A stretch of 32,914 bases of DNA from a virus (lineage: Duplodnaviria > Caudoviricetes), in IMG/VR virus record IMGVR_UViG_3300043493_000106, positions 1 through 32,914 of that record. One strand, given 5' to 3'. Both the position numbers and the translations under genes were made by a program. The notes beneath the pieces were generated by a model. That model made no database searches. It was not told the origin of the DNA and worked only from the letters and a program-made list of their open reading frames with translations. Positions 7,524 to 15,299 of the stretch are shown one piece after another. The stretch's first letter is position 1. Each line of letters begins with the position of its first letter.

Positions 7524-9893
7524 CTATTGCTGTGGCGGCGGGCCACCGGGCGGTCCGCTGATGCCAAGCTGTTGCGATGGATCACCGCCCTGCTGCGGCT
7601 CACCGCCGGGCGGCTGCACGCCTGGCTGCTGCGCGGCTGCGGCCTGTTGCTGCTGAGCGGCCGCGGCCTGCAGCTGCGCCAGCTGGGCGGCGTTCTTGTC
7701 GGTCTGGCTGACGAAGCCGGATTCGGAAAGGATGAAGTCGGCGACCGGGACGATCGCCGGCACGGCGACCGCCACCTGTGCAGCATCCAGCGCCTTCTGC
7801 TGCGCGTCGACGTTGAGACCGGGTATTTCTGCGAGTGTCTTGGCGGCGGTGGTCTTGGACTGCTCGGCCTGGGCAGCCGCCTTGGCGGCGTCGCCCTGCG
7901 CCTTGGCCAGCTGCGCCTGCGCCAGCGCCAGCTGCATGGCCGCCTGTTGCGCCTTCTGCGCCAGCATCTGCTGCTCTTCCGGCGACGGCTCGTCGGCGTT
8001 GGGGTCGAGCTGGCCGGTGACCGAGCGGATGCGCTTGACGATCTCTTCGCGGTTCGGCAGGTCCATGTTCTCGACCGCCAGGTCGAGCAGCAGCATTGCC
8101 ACTTCGGGCGGCAGCTTCTGCATGGCTTCCATCAGCTCGTCGACCGCGGCCTGGCGCAGCGTGGCGTGCCACGCCGTCTCGGAGATCACGAAGTCCGCCT
8201 TGCAGCGGGTGATGTCGTTCTCCGGCAGGCCGTCGTTGACGGTGACATAGTCGGACTTGCCGGACTGCGAGGTGATGCGGAACTGCTTCTCCTCGGTCAT
8301 GAACTGCTCGATGTTGGCGAGCTGCTTCTCGCCGTGCACCTGGTTGGCGAACAGCAGATTGTCGAAGATCTTGGCGGTTGCCAGGCTGCCCTGGTCCTGA
8401 CGGCGCTGGATCGCCACGCCAGAGGTGGCGTTGGTCTTGCGGCCGAGCAGCTCGTCGGTTACGCCTGACGCCTGCTGGATCATCTGGATATCGCGAGACA
8501 TCAGCTCGAGGTGCCATTGGGCAAGATCACGATCAGCGTTGAGGATGATCTCCTTGCCCGGCATCTTGCGGATTATGGCGTCGGGCCTGGAGACCTCCTC
8601 CTGGAATTCCTCGAACGTCATGTCGTCGGGAAGGGCGTCGTAGTCCATTATGATCTTCGACGTCGACAGGATATGAAGCGCCTTGGAAGCGCGTTTGTTG
8701 ACATCTACCTGGATGTCCTTGAGCCGGCGGATGATGCCATACGGAGCGCCATCGCGGCCGCGGCGGAAACCCCAGACAGGGGTTAGCGGGAAGCGGTTAT
8801 GGCGGTACGGTGATTCCGAGAACCACAGCATGCCGGCCTCGGTTAACAGCCCGACATGCATACGCATCGAGGTCTTCTCGACCACCTCGGCGTTGCCGCT
8901 CGACAGCTCTTCCTTGTGGGCGTCGGAGAAGGCGTCGAACATCTCTCCATGAAAGTCGCCGCCGCGCAGCTTGCCCGAGAGCGAAGGCCGCTTGTACCAG
9001 GCTTCGATGATCCTGACGCGCTCGCGTTGGTAGCCCTCGATCACCCGCTGCGACCCCGAGCTGTTCATGACATTCTGCTCGAGCGCCATCTCCTGGCTGT
9101 CCATCGCATCGTCGCCATAGAGGTCGCGCTGGATGAAGTCGTCGCCGTTGACGGCGGCCTGGCGCAGGATGTCCTGGCGCTTCGGGAACATCGCGCTGGC
9201 GATGTCGAGGTCGACCCATTTCGAGCGGAAGATGTAGCGCCCGTCTTCGACATCCAGATTGGTGGCGGCGGTGTCGTGCAGGACGTTGCGCCAGTTCTCG
9301 TAGCGCGTGTAGAGCGGCTCGTCCTCGCCGTCGGCGTCATAGCCGTCCTCGATCCAGCCGATGCCGACGCGGACGGCGTCTTCGAAGGCGCGTGAGACGT
9401 GGAAGCGCTCGCGGCTGGTGTCGTTGATGTACTTCATCAGCGACGTCTTCTTCTCGGCCTGCTTGGCGTGCTCCTTCTTGCGGGGCAGGATCTTAAAATC
9501 GGTCCTGGCGCGCTTCTCGGAACCGGTCACCCAGTCGATGCTGGTCGAGATCACGTTGTAGACCAGCGGCACCTGGCCGCGGTCCTTCAGCGTCTGGGCG
9601 TCATCCGGGGACCACTGGATGTTGTCGTAGAAATCCTCGTCTTCCGCCATCTCGGTGCGGTTCTCGGACTGCCGGTCCAGCTCGTCCGAGTAGCAGGCCA
9701 GCATCTGCCGGTGCAGGTTGATCATGTCGGAGCTGTCGAGATTGGTGCTCTTCGACGATTTGCGCTCCGGCTGCTGCATGGCGGTGCGCGGGTTCTGGCT
9801 GGCCGGCATCGGGTCGCCGTAGCCACCCTTCTCCTTGTCTTTCCTAATGCGGACGCTGCCGTCTTTCGCTTCCAGGTCGAACATGCTGGCCAT
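7524..9893 (-). CDS. Portal protein (P22-like)
   Basis: 789 aa; EDEDFYDNIQW, LKDRGQVPLVYNVI, PYGIIRRLKDIQVDVNKRASK, NATSGVAIQRRQDQG motifs; Gln-rich tail. Confidence 0.93.
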   Translation of the reverse strand: MASMFDLEAKDGSVRIRKDKEKGGYGDPMPASQNPRTAMQQPERKSSKSTNLDSSDMINLHRQMLACYSDELDRQSENRTEMAEDEDFYDNIQWSPDDAQTLKDRGQVPLVYNVISTSIDWVTGSEKRARTDFKILPRKKEHAKQAEKKTSLMKYINDTSRERFHVSRAFEDAVRVGIGWIEDGYDADGEDEPLYTRYENWRNVLHDTAATNLDVEDGRYIFRSKWVDLDIASAMFPKRQDILRQAAVNGDDFIQRDLYGDDAMDSQEMALEQNVMNSSGSQRVIEGYQRERVRIIEAWYKRPSLSGKLRGGDFHGEMFDAFSDAHKEELSSGNAEVVEKTSMRMHVGLLTEAGMLWFSESPYRHNRFPLTPVWGFRRGRDGAPYGIIRRLKDIQVDVNKRASKALHILSTSKIIMDYDALPDDMTFEEFQEEVSRPDAIIRKMPGKEIILNADRDLAQWHLELMSRDIQMIQQASGVTDELLGRKTNATSGVAIQRRQDQGSLATAKIFDNLLFANQVHGEKQLANIEQFMTEEKQFRITSQSGKSDYVTVNDGLPENDITRCKADFVISETAWHATLRQAAVDELMEAMQKLPPEVAMLLLDLAVENMDLPNREEIVKRIRSVTGQLDPNADEPSPEEQQMLAQKAQQAAMQLALAQAQLAKAQGDAAKAAAQAEQSKTTAAKTLAEIPGLNVDAQQKALDAAQVAVAVPAIVPVADFILSESGFVSQTDKNAAQLAQLQAAAAQQQQAAAAQQPGVQPPGGEPQQGGDPSQQLGISGPPGGPPPQQ

Positions 9894-9895
9894 GG

Positions 9896-10303
9896 CTATA
9901 TCTCGACCTCCGTGCGACCGGACAATTCATTATTGATAGACAGCTCGGCGACCGGGTCGGCGTGCTCCCCGGCATCGGGCGGGCGCACCGGCATGGCGAC
10001 GAGGTCCTGCATGCGGCTGTTGACCAGGCCGACCAGCTTGCCGACATTGTCCGGGTTGTGCGGGTCGACGCCGAGGCGAAGCAGGATCTCCTGGGCGTGC
10101 ATGACGGGATCGCCGATCTCGTCGGACCACATCCAGGCGTTCTCGAGCGGAATGACGCAGGGGCGCGGATCGGCGTGGTTGCGCACGATCGCCATGCACG
10201 GCCGCCAGCGGCCGTCGATGCGAACCCACGTTCCGATGATCGTCAGGCCGTAGCGTGAGTGTGACCAGACACGCTTATCCAGGTCGAGGATGTGATCTTC
10301 CAA
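9896..10303 (-). CDS. Hypothetical phage protein
   Basis: 135 aa abutting the portal gene; start codon uncertain (TTG). Confidence 0.7.
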   Translation of the reverse strand: MEDHILDLDKRVWSHSRYGLTIIGTWVRIDGRWRPCMAIVRNHADPRPCVIPLENAWMWSDEIGDPVMHAQEILLRLGVDPHNPDNVGKLVGLVNSRMQDLVAMPVRPPDAGEHADPVAELSINNELSGRTEVEI

Positions 10304-10349
10304 GGCGCGTCGTCCATGTTTCCGGGCAAGGCAAGGCGCGCTTGGTGGA

Positions 10350-10547
10350 CTATTTCCGCTTTTTCTTCGGTTCTGTAAACGGCGTGCGGTAGGTGGCGCT
10401 GAAGCGCGCCGCGTAGTTATGGCCGTCGGCGATCAATTGGTCTGCGCAATGCTGCAGCCAGACGGCGATCTCGGCCCGCCCGGCTGTTGTCATCAGGCTG
10501 GCGTCGTTGATCACCAGGCGGGCGTGCAGGACATCATCGTCATTCAC
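10350..10547 (-). CDS. Hypothetical protein
   Basis: 65 aa; GGAGG SD; overlaps the upstream stop. Confidence 0.65.
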   Translation of the reverse strand: MNDDDVLHARLVINDASLMTTAGRAEIAVWLQHCADQLIADGHNYAARFSATYRTPFTEPKKKRK

Positions 10548-10914
10548 GCTTGTACCTCCACAGGAACAGCGGCGTCATTTCGCCGACCCAGGCGCCGAGC
10601 GTATTAAAAGAGAAGAATTCGGTGGCCTCGTCATAGTCCATGCCGTCGCGCATCATGACCTGGATGCATTTATCCGCGTCGTAGACGGCGAGTGGCGGCT
10701 GGCTGCAGCGTTCGGCGACGCCGATGAAGGCATCTTCAAGCCCATCGGCGAGCAGGATGTCGTCGCTGAAGGCGCCCGCCCACTCGCGCACCTCTTCATG
10801 GCGGTGGTCTTCGGGGATGGTGTTGTCGTCAGGCGCGTTGTCGCTCATCTGGCGCAGCCGCTCGTTGAAATCGGCAACGCTGTCGATGCCGTCGGTCCAG
10901 GCGCGTTGGGTCAT
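10540..10914 (-). CDS. Conserved hypothetical phage protein
   Basis: LLADGLEDAFIGV...AVYDADKCI...EFFSFNTLGAWVGEMTPLF pattern recurrent in phage genomes. Confidence 0.75.
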   Translation of the reverse strand: MTQRAWTDGIDSVADFNERLRQMSDNAPDDNTIPEDHRHEEVREWAGAFSDDILLADGLEDAFIGVAERCSQPPLAVYDADKCIQVMMRDGMDYDEATEFFSFNTLGAWVGEMTPLFLWRYKRE

Positions 10915-11117
10915 TCGGTATCCTCCATGTCGTTGGCGATCGCCTCGGCGACCTCGGCGCGACAGGACAGCGCGCGCGATTCCGGCGATCCGGGGTCGAG
11001 CGTGGCCCGGTGCAGCGCGCGCCAGTAGGCGGCGGTGTTCCTGGCGATCGTCACGCAGCGGACGCGCTCACCGCGTCGCGCCGCCATCTTCAGGAACTCG
11101 ACGTCGGCGTCGTTCAC
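10911..11117 (-). CDS. Hypothetical protein
   Basis: 68 aa with overlapping start/stop on both sides. Confidence 0.55.
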   Translation of the reverse strand: MNDADVEFLKMAARRGERVRCVTIARNTAAYWRALHRATLDPGSPESRALSCRAEVAEAIANDMEDTE

Positions 11118-11314
11118 GGCAAGCCCTCGATCTCCTTGGCGATCACCTCGGCCGTCTCGGCGGCGGTGATGGCGGCGGCACGCGACGCGCCTTGATAAGC
11201 CTCGGCCGCCTCCCTGTAATAGACCGCCATCTTGCGGGCGAGGCTGGCGCAGACGCTGCGCTCGGCGCGGCGGATGGCCGGCGCCATGCGCATGGTGATA
11301 TCGTCGTCGATCAT
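11114..11314 (-). CDS. Hypothetical protein
   Basis: MIDDDITMRMAPAIRR...; ATGA overlap and GGGGGAG SD. Confidence 0.55.
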   Translation of the reverse strand: MIDDDITMRMAPAIRRAERSVCASLARKMAVYYREAAEAYQGASRAAAITAAETAEVIAKEIEGLP

Positions 11315-11541
11315 TGCAGTGTCTCCCCCATCTTTTCCGTTTCGGCCTCGACCAGGTCGAGCATCAGCTTGACGCCCAGATCGACGCTGTGGCTGCAGGC
11401 CCACGAGAGACTGCCGCTCTTCGGCTCGGCGACAATGACGACGAAGGTCAGCCCCTTGTACTGCTCCGGCGCGACCTGCTGGGCAATGTCGATGCCGCGG
11501 GTCAGGCGGTTGAGGACGTCGTCGGTCAACTGGTTGGCCAT
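11311..11541 (-). CDS. Hypothetical protein
   Basis: MANQLTDDVLNRL...; GGAGG SD before ATG 11541. Confidence 0.65.
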   Translation of the reverse strand: MANQLTDDVLNRLTRGIDIAQQVAPEQYKGLTFVVIVAEPKSGSLSWACSHSVDLGVKLMLDLVEAETEKMGETLQ

Positions 11542-11542
11542 G

Positions 11543-11660
11543 AAACCTCCGCAGGCGGTTTTGAACCTTTTGACCCGTTTACGGCTAAGCCATTGATATC
11601 GTGGGGCCGAAAACCTCCGCACTCATTATCGGCCTTTTCGGCCTGATATGCGGGGGTTTT
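11543..11660. repeat. Repeat cluster with an IHF-consensus site
   Basis: AAACCTCCGCA at 11543 and 11611, inverted copy TGCGGGGGTTTT at 11649, tandem TTTTGAACC/TTTTGACCC, and TAAGCCATTGATA (11586-11598) matching YAANNNNTTGATW. Confidence 0.5.
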
Positions 11661-11665
11661 GCGCA

Positions 11666-11869
11666 TCAGCCGTTCCTCCTGGCCTGCAGCAGCTTGCCGA
11701 GCAGCACGCCGAGCCGGCGGCGGCAAAGCGACAAATCGTCCATCAGGCCGGGATGCCAGCCGCCGTCGTTCTGCATGCGCCTGAAGCGGTCCAGCTCCAG
11801 CCACCACATCTCGACGGCCTTGAGCAGGTCGAGCGGGTCGACGTCGTTGTCGTGATCATGGTTCGTCAT
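11666..11869 (-). CDS. Hypothetical protein
   Basis: MTNHDHDNDVDPLDLL...; ATGA overlap with the terL stop. Confidence 0.55.
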   Translation of the reverse strand: MTNHDHDNDVDPLDLLKAVEMWWLELDRFRRMQNDGGWHPGLMDDLSLCRRRLGVLLGKLLQARRNG

Positions 11870-13425
11870 GCTGCTAGCCCTGACCTGTTCTTGCGGGGAA
11901 CCCACATCCCCTTGCTCGATCCAAAACGGAGATGGCGGATCTGCGCGTGTTGTCTGAGCGCATCCGCGGCGTGCTGGTGGCCGTTCTTGGCGATCAGCGG
12001 CATCCACACGCCCATGCGCTCGTTCCACTGCTTGGAGAAGCCATCCAGATGCCTCAGCCCGAGCGCGCACTTCTCCTGGTCGAAGAAATACGTCGTGAAT
12101 GCCTCGCGCAGCTGGTCGATAGCATCCGGTACGTGAGGCGTCCGCTGCACGGTTTCGATGTTCTTGATACCGAGATCACGCAGCAGGTCGACGTAAGTCT
12201 TGAGGTGCTCCGCACCAGGACGACGATGATTGGCGTCGTGCGGAAGATAATGCCAGCCATAGACATAGGGACGCTCGCCCAGCTCGCGGACATAATATGA
12301 AGGCGGCTCGCTGCCCGCCTCGATGTAGTCGATGAAGTGCTGGCGGCCGCCGAAATCCTGATGCAGCCAGATCGCGGTGTCGTCGGCGGTGCCGAGGTCC
12401 CAAAAGCTGTTGACCGGGCGGCCGGGGTCCCACGGCACCTTGGTGATCCTGCGCTCGACGCGGGCCTTGGACATCTGGGCGGACAGCCACAGGCCGTCGG
12501 CGCTGACGGTGAACGCCTCCTCCAGCGTCGAGGGATACTGGCTGAACATCTTTTGCTGGTCGTCGCCGAACAGATTGCGGCGGGTCAGCACGTACCAGGC
12601 GCGCTTGGCGGCCGAGATGTCGCGGTGGACGTCACCTTCGAGCCGGTAGAAATAAGCGTCGTCATTGCTGTCGAAGGCGACGTCGCGCGGGTCGGCTTCA
12701 TACTCCGGCGCATCCCACCAGCTGGCGAAGTGCAGCTTCCACTCGATGGCGCCGGGCTTGCGACCGCTGTCCTCGGCCTGCTGCGCCGATCGCACCATGT
12801 CGGCGAAAATGCCGTAGGGCGTCTCGACGGTGCTCTCGATGCAGATCACGCCGTGCTGGTCGACGGAGGGAAGGCTGCCGGTCTGGATCTCGACGGCGCG
12901 GTCGGGATAGCGCTGGCAGATGCGGCCGTACTCCGAGACATGCAGATACTGCAGCGTCGAGCCGCGGGTCGAGGTGGCGACGATCAGGGAGCTGTCGGTG
13001 TTGAAGGCCAGCTCGGTCTTGGTCAGGTACTTCAGCCCGACCATCTCCTTGACCAGGGTCGGAAGGTTGTCCCAGGCGAAACGGACCTTCTGCTCGAAGA
13101 TCACCCGTGCGGTGTCCTCGTCCTGGGCGATGATCGCGGCCTGGGTGTTGGGCTGAAAGAGACAGGCGTCGAGCATCATCAGCTGGATGACGGTGGAAAA
13201 TCCGCGCTGCCGCGCCTTTGGGATCAGATTGCGGTAGTGAATATTGCTGAGAAAACGCTGCTGCTCGGGCCACGGCCGGAAAGTAACGACCTTGCCGCGC
13301 TTGTCCGTGATCTTGTAAAGATTCGACAAGCGCCAGCCGGCGTCGGCAATCGCTGCTTGCATCTCGGACTGGTCGAGTTTTTCGAACGGCTTGCCGTAAT
13401 AGCTCGGCAGGGTTGCAACGTTCAC
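11866..13425 (-). CDS. terL: Terminase large subunit
   Basis: 519 aa; Walker A-like PKARQRGFST, Walker B LHVSEYG, ESTVE coupling motif, RNase H-like nuclease WDLGTADDTAIW...LPHDA...HAADALR. Confidence 0.95.
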   Translation of the reverse strand: MNVATLPSYYGKPFEKLDQSEMQAAIADAGWRLSNLYKITDKRGKVVTFRPWPEQQRFLSNIHYRNLIPKARQRGFSTVIQLMMLDACLFQPNTQAAIIAQDEDTARVIFEQKVRFAWDNLPTLVKEMVGLKYLTKTELAFNTDSSLIVATSTRGSTLQYLHVSEYGRICQRYPDRAVEIQTGSLPSVDQHGVICIESTVETPYGIFADMVRSAQQAEDSGRKPGAIEWKLHFASWWDAPEYEADPRDVAFDSNDDAYFYRLEGDVHRDISAAKRAWYVLTRRNLFGDDQQKMFSQYPSTLEEAFTVSADGLWLSAQMSKARVERRITKVPWDPGRPVNSFWDLGTADDTAIWLHQDFGGRQHFIDYIEAGSEPPSYYVRELGERPYVYGWHYLPHDANHRRPGAEHLKTYVDLLRDLGIKNIETVQRTPHVPDAIDQLREAFTTYFFDQEKCALGLRHLDGFSKQWNERMGVWMPLIAKNGHQHAADALRQHAQIRHLRFGSSKGMWVPRKNRSGLAA

Positions 13426-13841
13426 GGCTTGGTCTCCAGAGCGAGGCCAAATTTTTCTTCTGCGGCAGCGACCAATGCCGGGTCATGGTTGTCAATCCAT
13501 GCCAGCGCCTCCCGCAGCCTCTCGATTTCCCCCGCCTGCCGAGCAAGAGCAATGGCGGTGTCCTTGGCGTCGACCCGCAACCGCTCGATCTGCGCCTCAA
13601 GGTCTTTGATGCGCTGCACCAAACCGTCGCCAACGACATGGCCAGCGTCGGAGATGGGTTCGTTGTAGTCCCTCACCCGCGTCTCAACTTTCTGAACCGT
13701 GAATTTCACACCTTTGCCATCGCAGTCAGTGCAATGCTTGTCCCGCCAGGCACCTTCTGCATGATCAAACCAACTGATTGTGCCAGTCCCCTTGCAGGCT
13801 TCGCAGTCGTCACAATCTTCGATCTCCTCGTAATCGCTCAC
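13422..13841 (-). CDS. DnaJ-type zinc-finger / coiled-coil protein
   Basis: GTG start 13841; CEACKGTG and CTDCDGKG (two CxxCxGxG) followed by a heptad coiled coil. Confidence 0.65.
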   Translation of the reverse strand: MSDYEEIEDCDDCEACKGTGTISWFDHAEGAWRDKHCTDCDGKGVKFTVQKVETRVRDYNEPISDAGHVVGDGLVQRIKDLEAQIERLRVDAKDTAIALARQAGEIERLREALAWIDNHDPALVAAAEEKFGLALETKP

Positions 13842-14047
13842 GGCTCGGCCTCGAACGCCGACGCGACGATCAACGCGGTGAGGTAACGCTGCTCGGCGTC
13901 GTGCGCGGCCTGCCAGTAGCCGTCGGTCATATGGCTCTTGTCGCGGCCGGCGCCGAGGACGGCGTGGTCGCGCCGAAGTGCGGCGAGGTCGCGCTCCTGA
14001 CGATACCGCTCGACGACGGCGGCAACCACGGGCGGCACCACGGTCAT
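13838..14047 (-). CDS. Hypothetical protein
   Basis: 69 aa with overlapping start/stop on both sides. Confidence 0.5.
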   Translation of the reverse strand: MTVVPPVVAAVVERYRQERDLAALRRDHAVLGAGRDKSHMTDGYWQAAHDAEQRYLTALIVASAFEAEP

Positions 14048-14292
14048 CGGTCGGCCTGGTCGCCGGGAATGCGCCGCGCGGCTGCCTCATAGTACTTGAC
14101 CAGCAGCGCGGCGGCTTGCTGCGTCGCGTCATCCATCGACATGCCCGGCCCGATCAGCAGGCGGCCGTCGCGGGTGATGGTCAGTATGGTGCCGCCGCCG
14201 CCGTCGCCGCCGCTGAACGTCACGTTGAAGGCGTCGGGCTCGGTGAAGACGCCGGCGATGCGGCCGGCAGGCGGTGCGTCTTCGTCAGCCAT
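14044..14292 (-). CDS. Hypothetical protein
   Basis: MADEDAPPAGRIAGVF...; ATG 1 nt after the upstream stop. Confidence 0.6.
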   Translation of the reverse strand: MADEDAPPAGRIAGVFTEPDAFNVTFSGGDGGGGTILTITRDGRLLIGPGMSMDDATQQAAALLVKYYEAAARRIPGDQADR

Positions 14293-14293
14293 G

Positions 14294-14527
14294 TCACTTC
14301 TTCCGCGGCTTGGTCGGCTTGACCTGGTTGTTCCAGCCGCTGCTGCCGGCCTCGCGGTTGGCGAGGCCGCGGTCCAACAGCTCGGTGTTGAGCTTGCGGT
14401 TGGCGTTGCGCAGCTTGTCGACCTCCTTGTTGGCGTAGCGGCCGCCAACATTGGCCTCGGCCTGCCTGAGATTGGCGGTGATGACCTTGCCCGGCTTGAT
14501 CAGCGGGCGTCCCTTGCCTGTCGGCAT
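14294..14527 (-). CDS. Small basic hypothetical protein
   Basis: 77 aa, K/R-rich; GAAGGAG SD. Confidence 0.6.
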   Translation of the reverse strand: MPTGKGRPLIKPGKVITANLRQAEANVGGRYANKEVDKLRNANRKLNTELLDRGLANREAGSSGWNNQVKPTKPRKK

Positions 14528-14528
14528 G

Positions 14529-14768
14529 TCACTCTCCTTCGCGCGGCTTCTTGGTAGCTGCCTTGACAGCCCACATGGCTGCGTCCTCGACGTGCGTTAT
14601 CGCCAACGCCTTCAGCCGCTTGACCTCGGGGTCGCCGCGGTCCTCCACCCACTGGTCGATATGGTCGATCAGCTCGGCGGCGAACCGCTTGATCGAGGTG
14701 ACATTGCTGTCGCCGGAAGGATTGAAGTCCTTGCCGACGCGGTATTCTCCGAGTGTGAGTGTGGCCAT
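14529..14768 (-). CDS. Acb2/Tad1-like helical-hairpin protein (putative cyclic-nucleotide sponge)
   Basis: 79 aa; RVGKDFNPSG...IKRFAAELID...RLKALAITHVEDAAMWAVKAAT; the C-terminal RxxALAxTxxExAxMWxxKA pattern recalls this family; GGAG SD before ATG 14768. Confidence 0.6.
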   Translation of the reverse strand: MATLTLGEYRVGKDFNPSGDSNVTSIKRFAAELIDHIDQWVEDRGDPEVKRLKALAITHVEDAAMWAVKAATKKPREGE

Positions 14769-14821
14769 GAGGTTAACTCCGTTGTGCCAGATCGCCAGGT
14801 AAACTGTCTTCATGATTTGCT

Positions 14822-14897
14822 GCGGGACGGCCGTGCACGTCGAGGCATCACGACCGTCCCGTCGTCCCGCCGTTTCCTTGGAGGGGTCGCGACGGGA
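14822..14897 (-). promoter_or_regulatory. Structured leader with mutually exclusive hairpins
   Basis: 14823-14835 pairs with 14849-14861 (12/13, one G-U in the mRNA); alternatively 14857-14864 pairs with 14890-14897 (8/8). Confidence 0.45.
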
Positions 14898-14939
14898 TGT
14901 GGCTGTGGTAGCACATGCGGGTGGCCTGGCCTAGGGGAG

Positions 14940-15260
14940 GTAATTCGGTTTTTGTTGCTTTAAAACCACCAGAAAAGGGGACCCGTTTTTAGTTAGGTAT
15001 AAGGTCCTATACTTGGAAAAGGGACCCAAATACCAGCAATCTCTGACCTAGTAATCATAGGAATCCGGTGCCGGGACTCCAACGCCAATCCAGTTGCCAC
15101 CCCCGGCCCCCTTGGGCCGGGACCCAGCATCGACTCGTGAGCGAAGCGAACGCCACATGCGCGCGCAGCGCGCCGAGGGCGTAGCCCGAGCGCGAACGAA
15201 GTGAGCAAGACCACTAAAGCGTGAGCGAAGCGAACACACTACGCCGAGCGTAGCGAGGCG
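14940..15260. other. Non-coding structured region: AT-rich block, GGGACCC repeats, G/C tract and six GNA-triloop mini-hairpins (candidate packaging site / genome terminus)
   Basis: GAAAAGGG(G)ACCC at 14972 and 15016, GGGACCC near 15119, CCCCCGGCCCCC near 15100, C-GNA-G hairpins 15136-15260; lies just 3' of terS. Confidence 0.55.
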
Positions 15261-15299
15261 CCTTACGATCTACGGCGCCGCTGCGCCTCTAGGTTGTGG

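Noticed and set aside
7130-7700. Glu-rich scaffold segment and Gln/Pro-rich portal tail as special repeats
   Set aside because: Ordinary low-complexity regions expected in these proteins.
11526-11666. 46-aa ORF MRKTPAYQAEK...
   Set aside because: It has an SD and a coupled start but coincides with the DNA repeat/IHF cluster and has atypical composition; too uncertain to list as a CDS.
14993-15239. Short ORFs 14993-15214 and 15048-15239
   Set aside because: Their RFA/SLRS-type repeats are simply translations of the hairpin array; no RBS.
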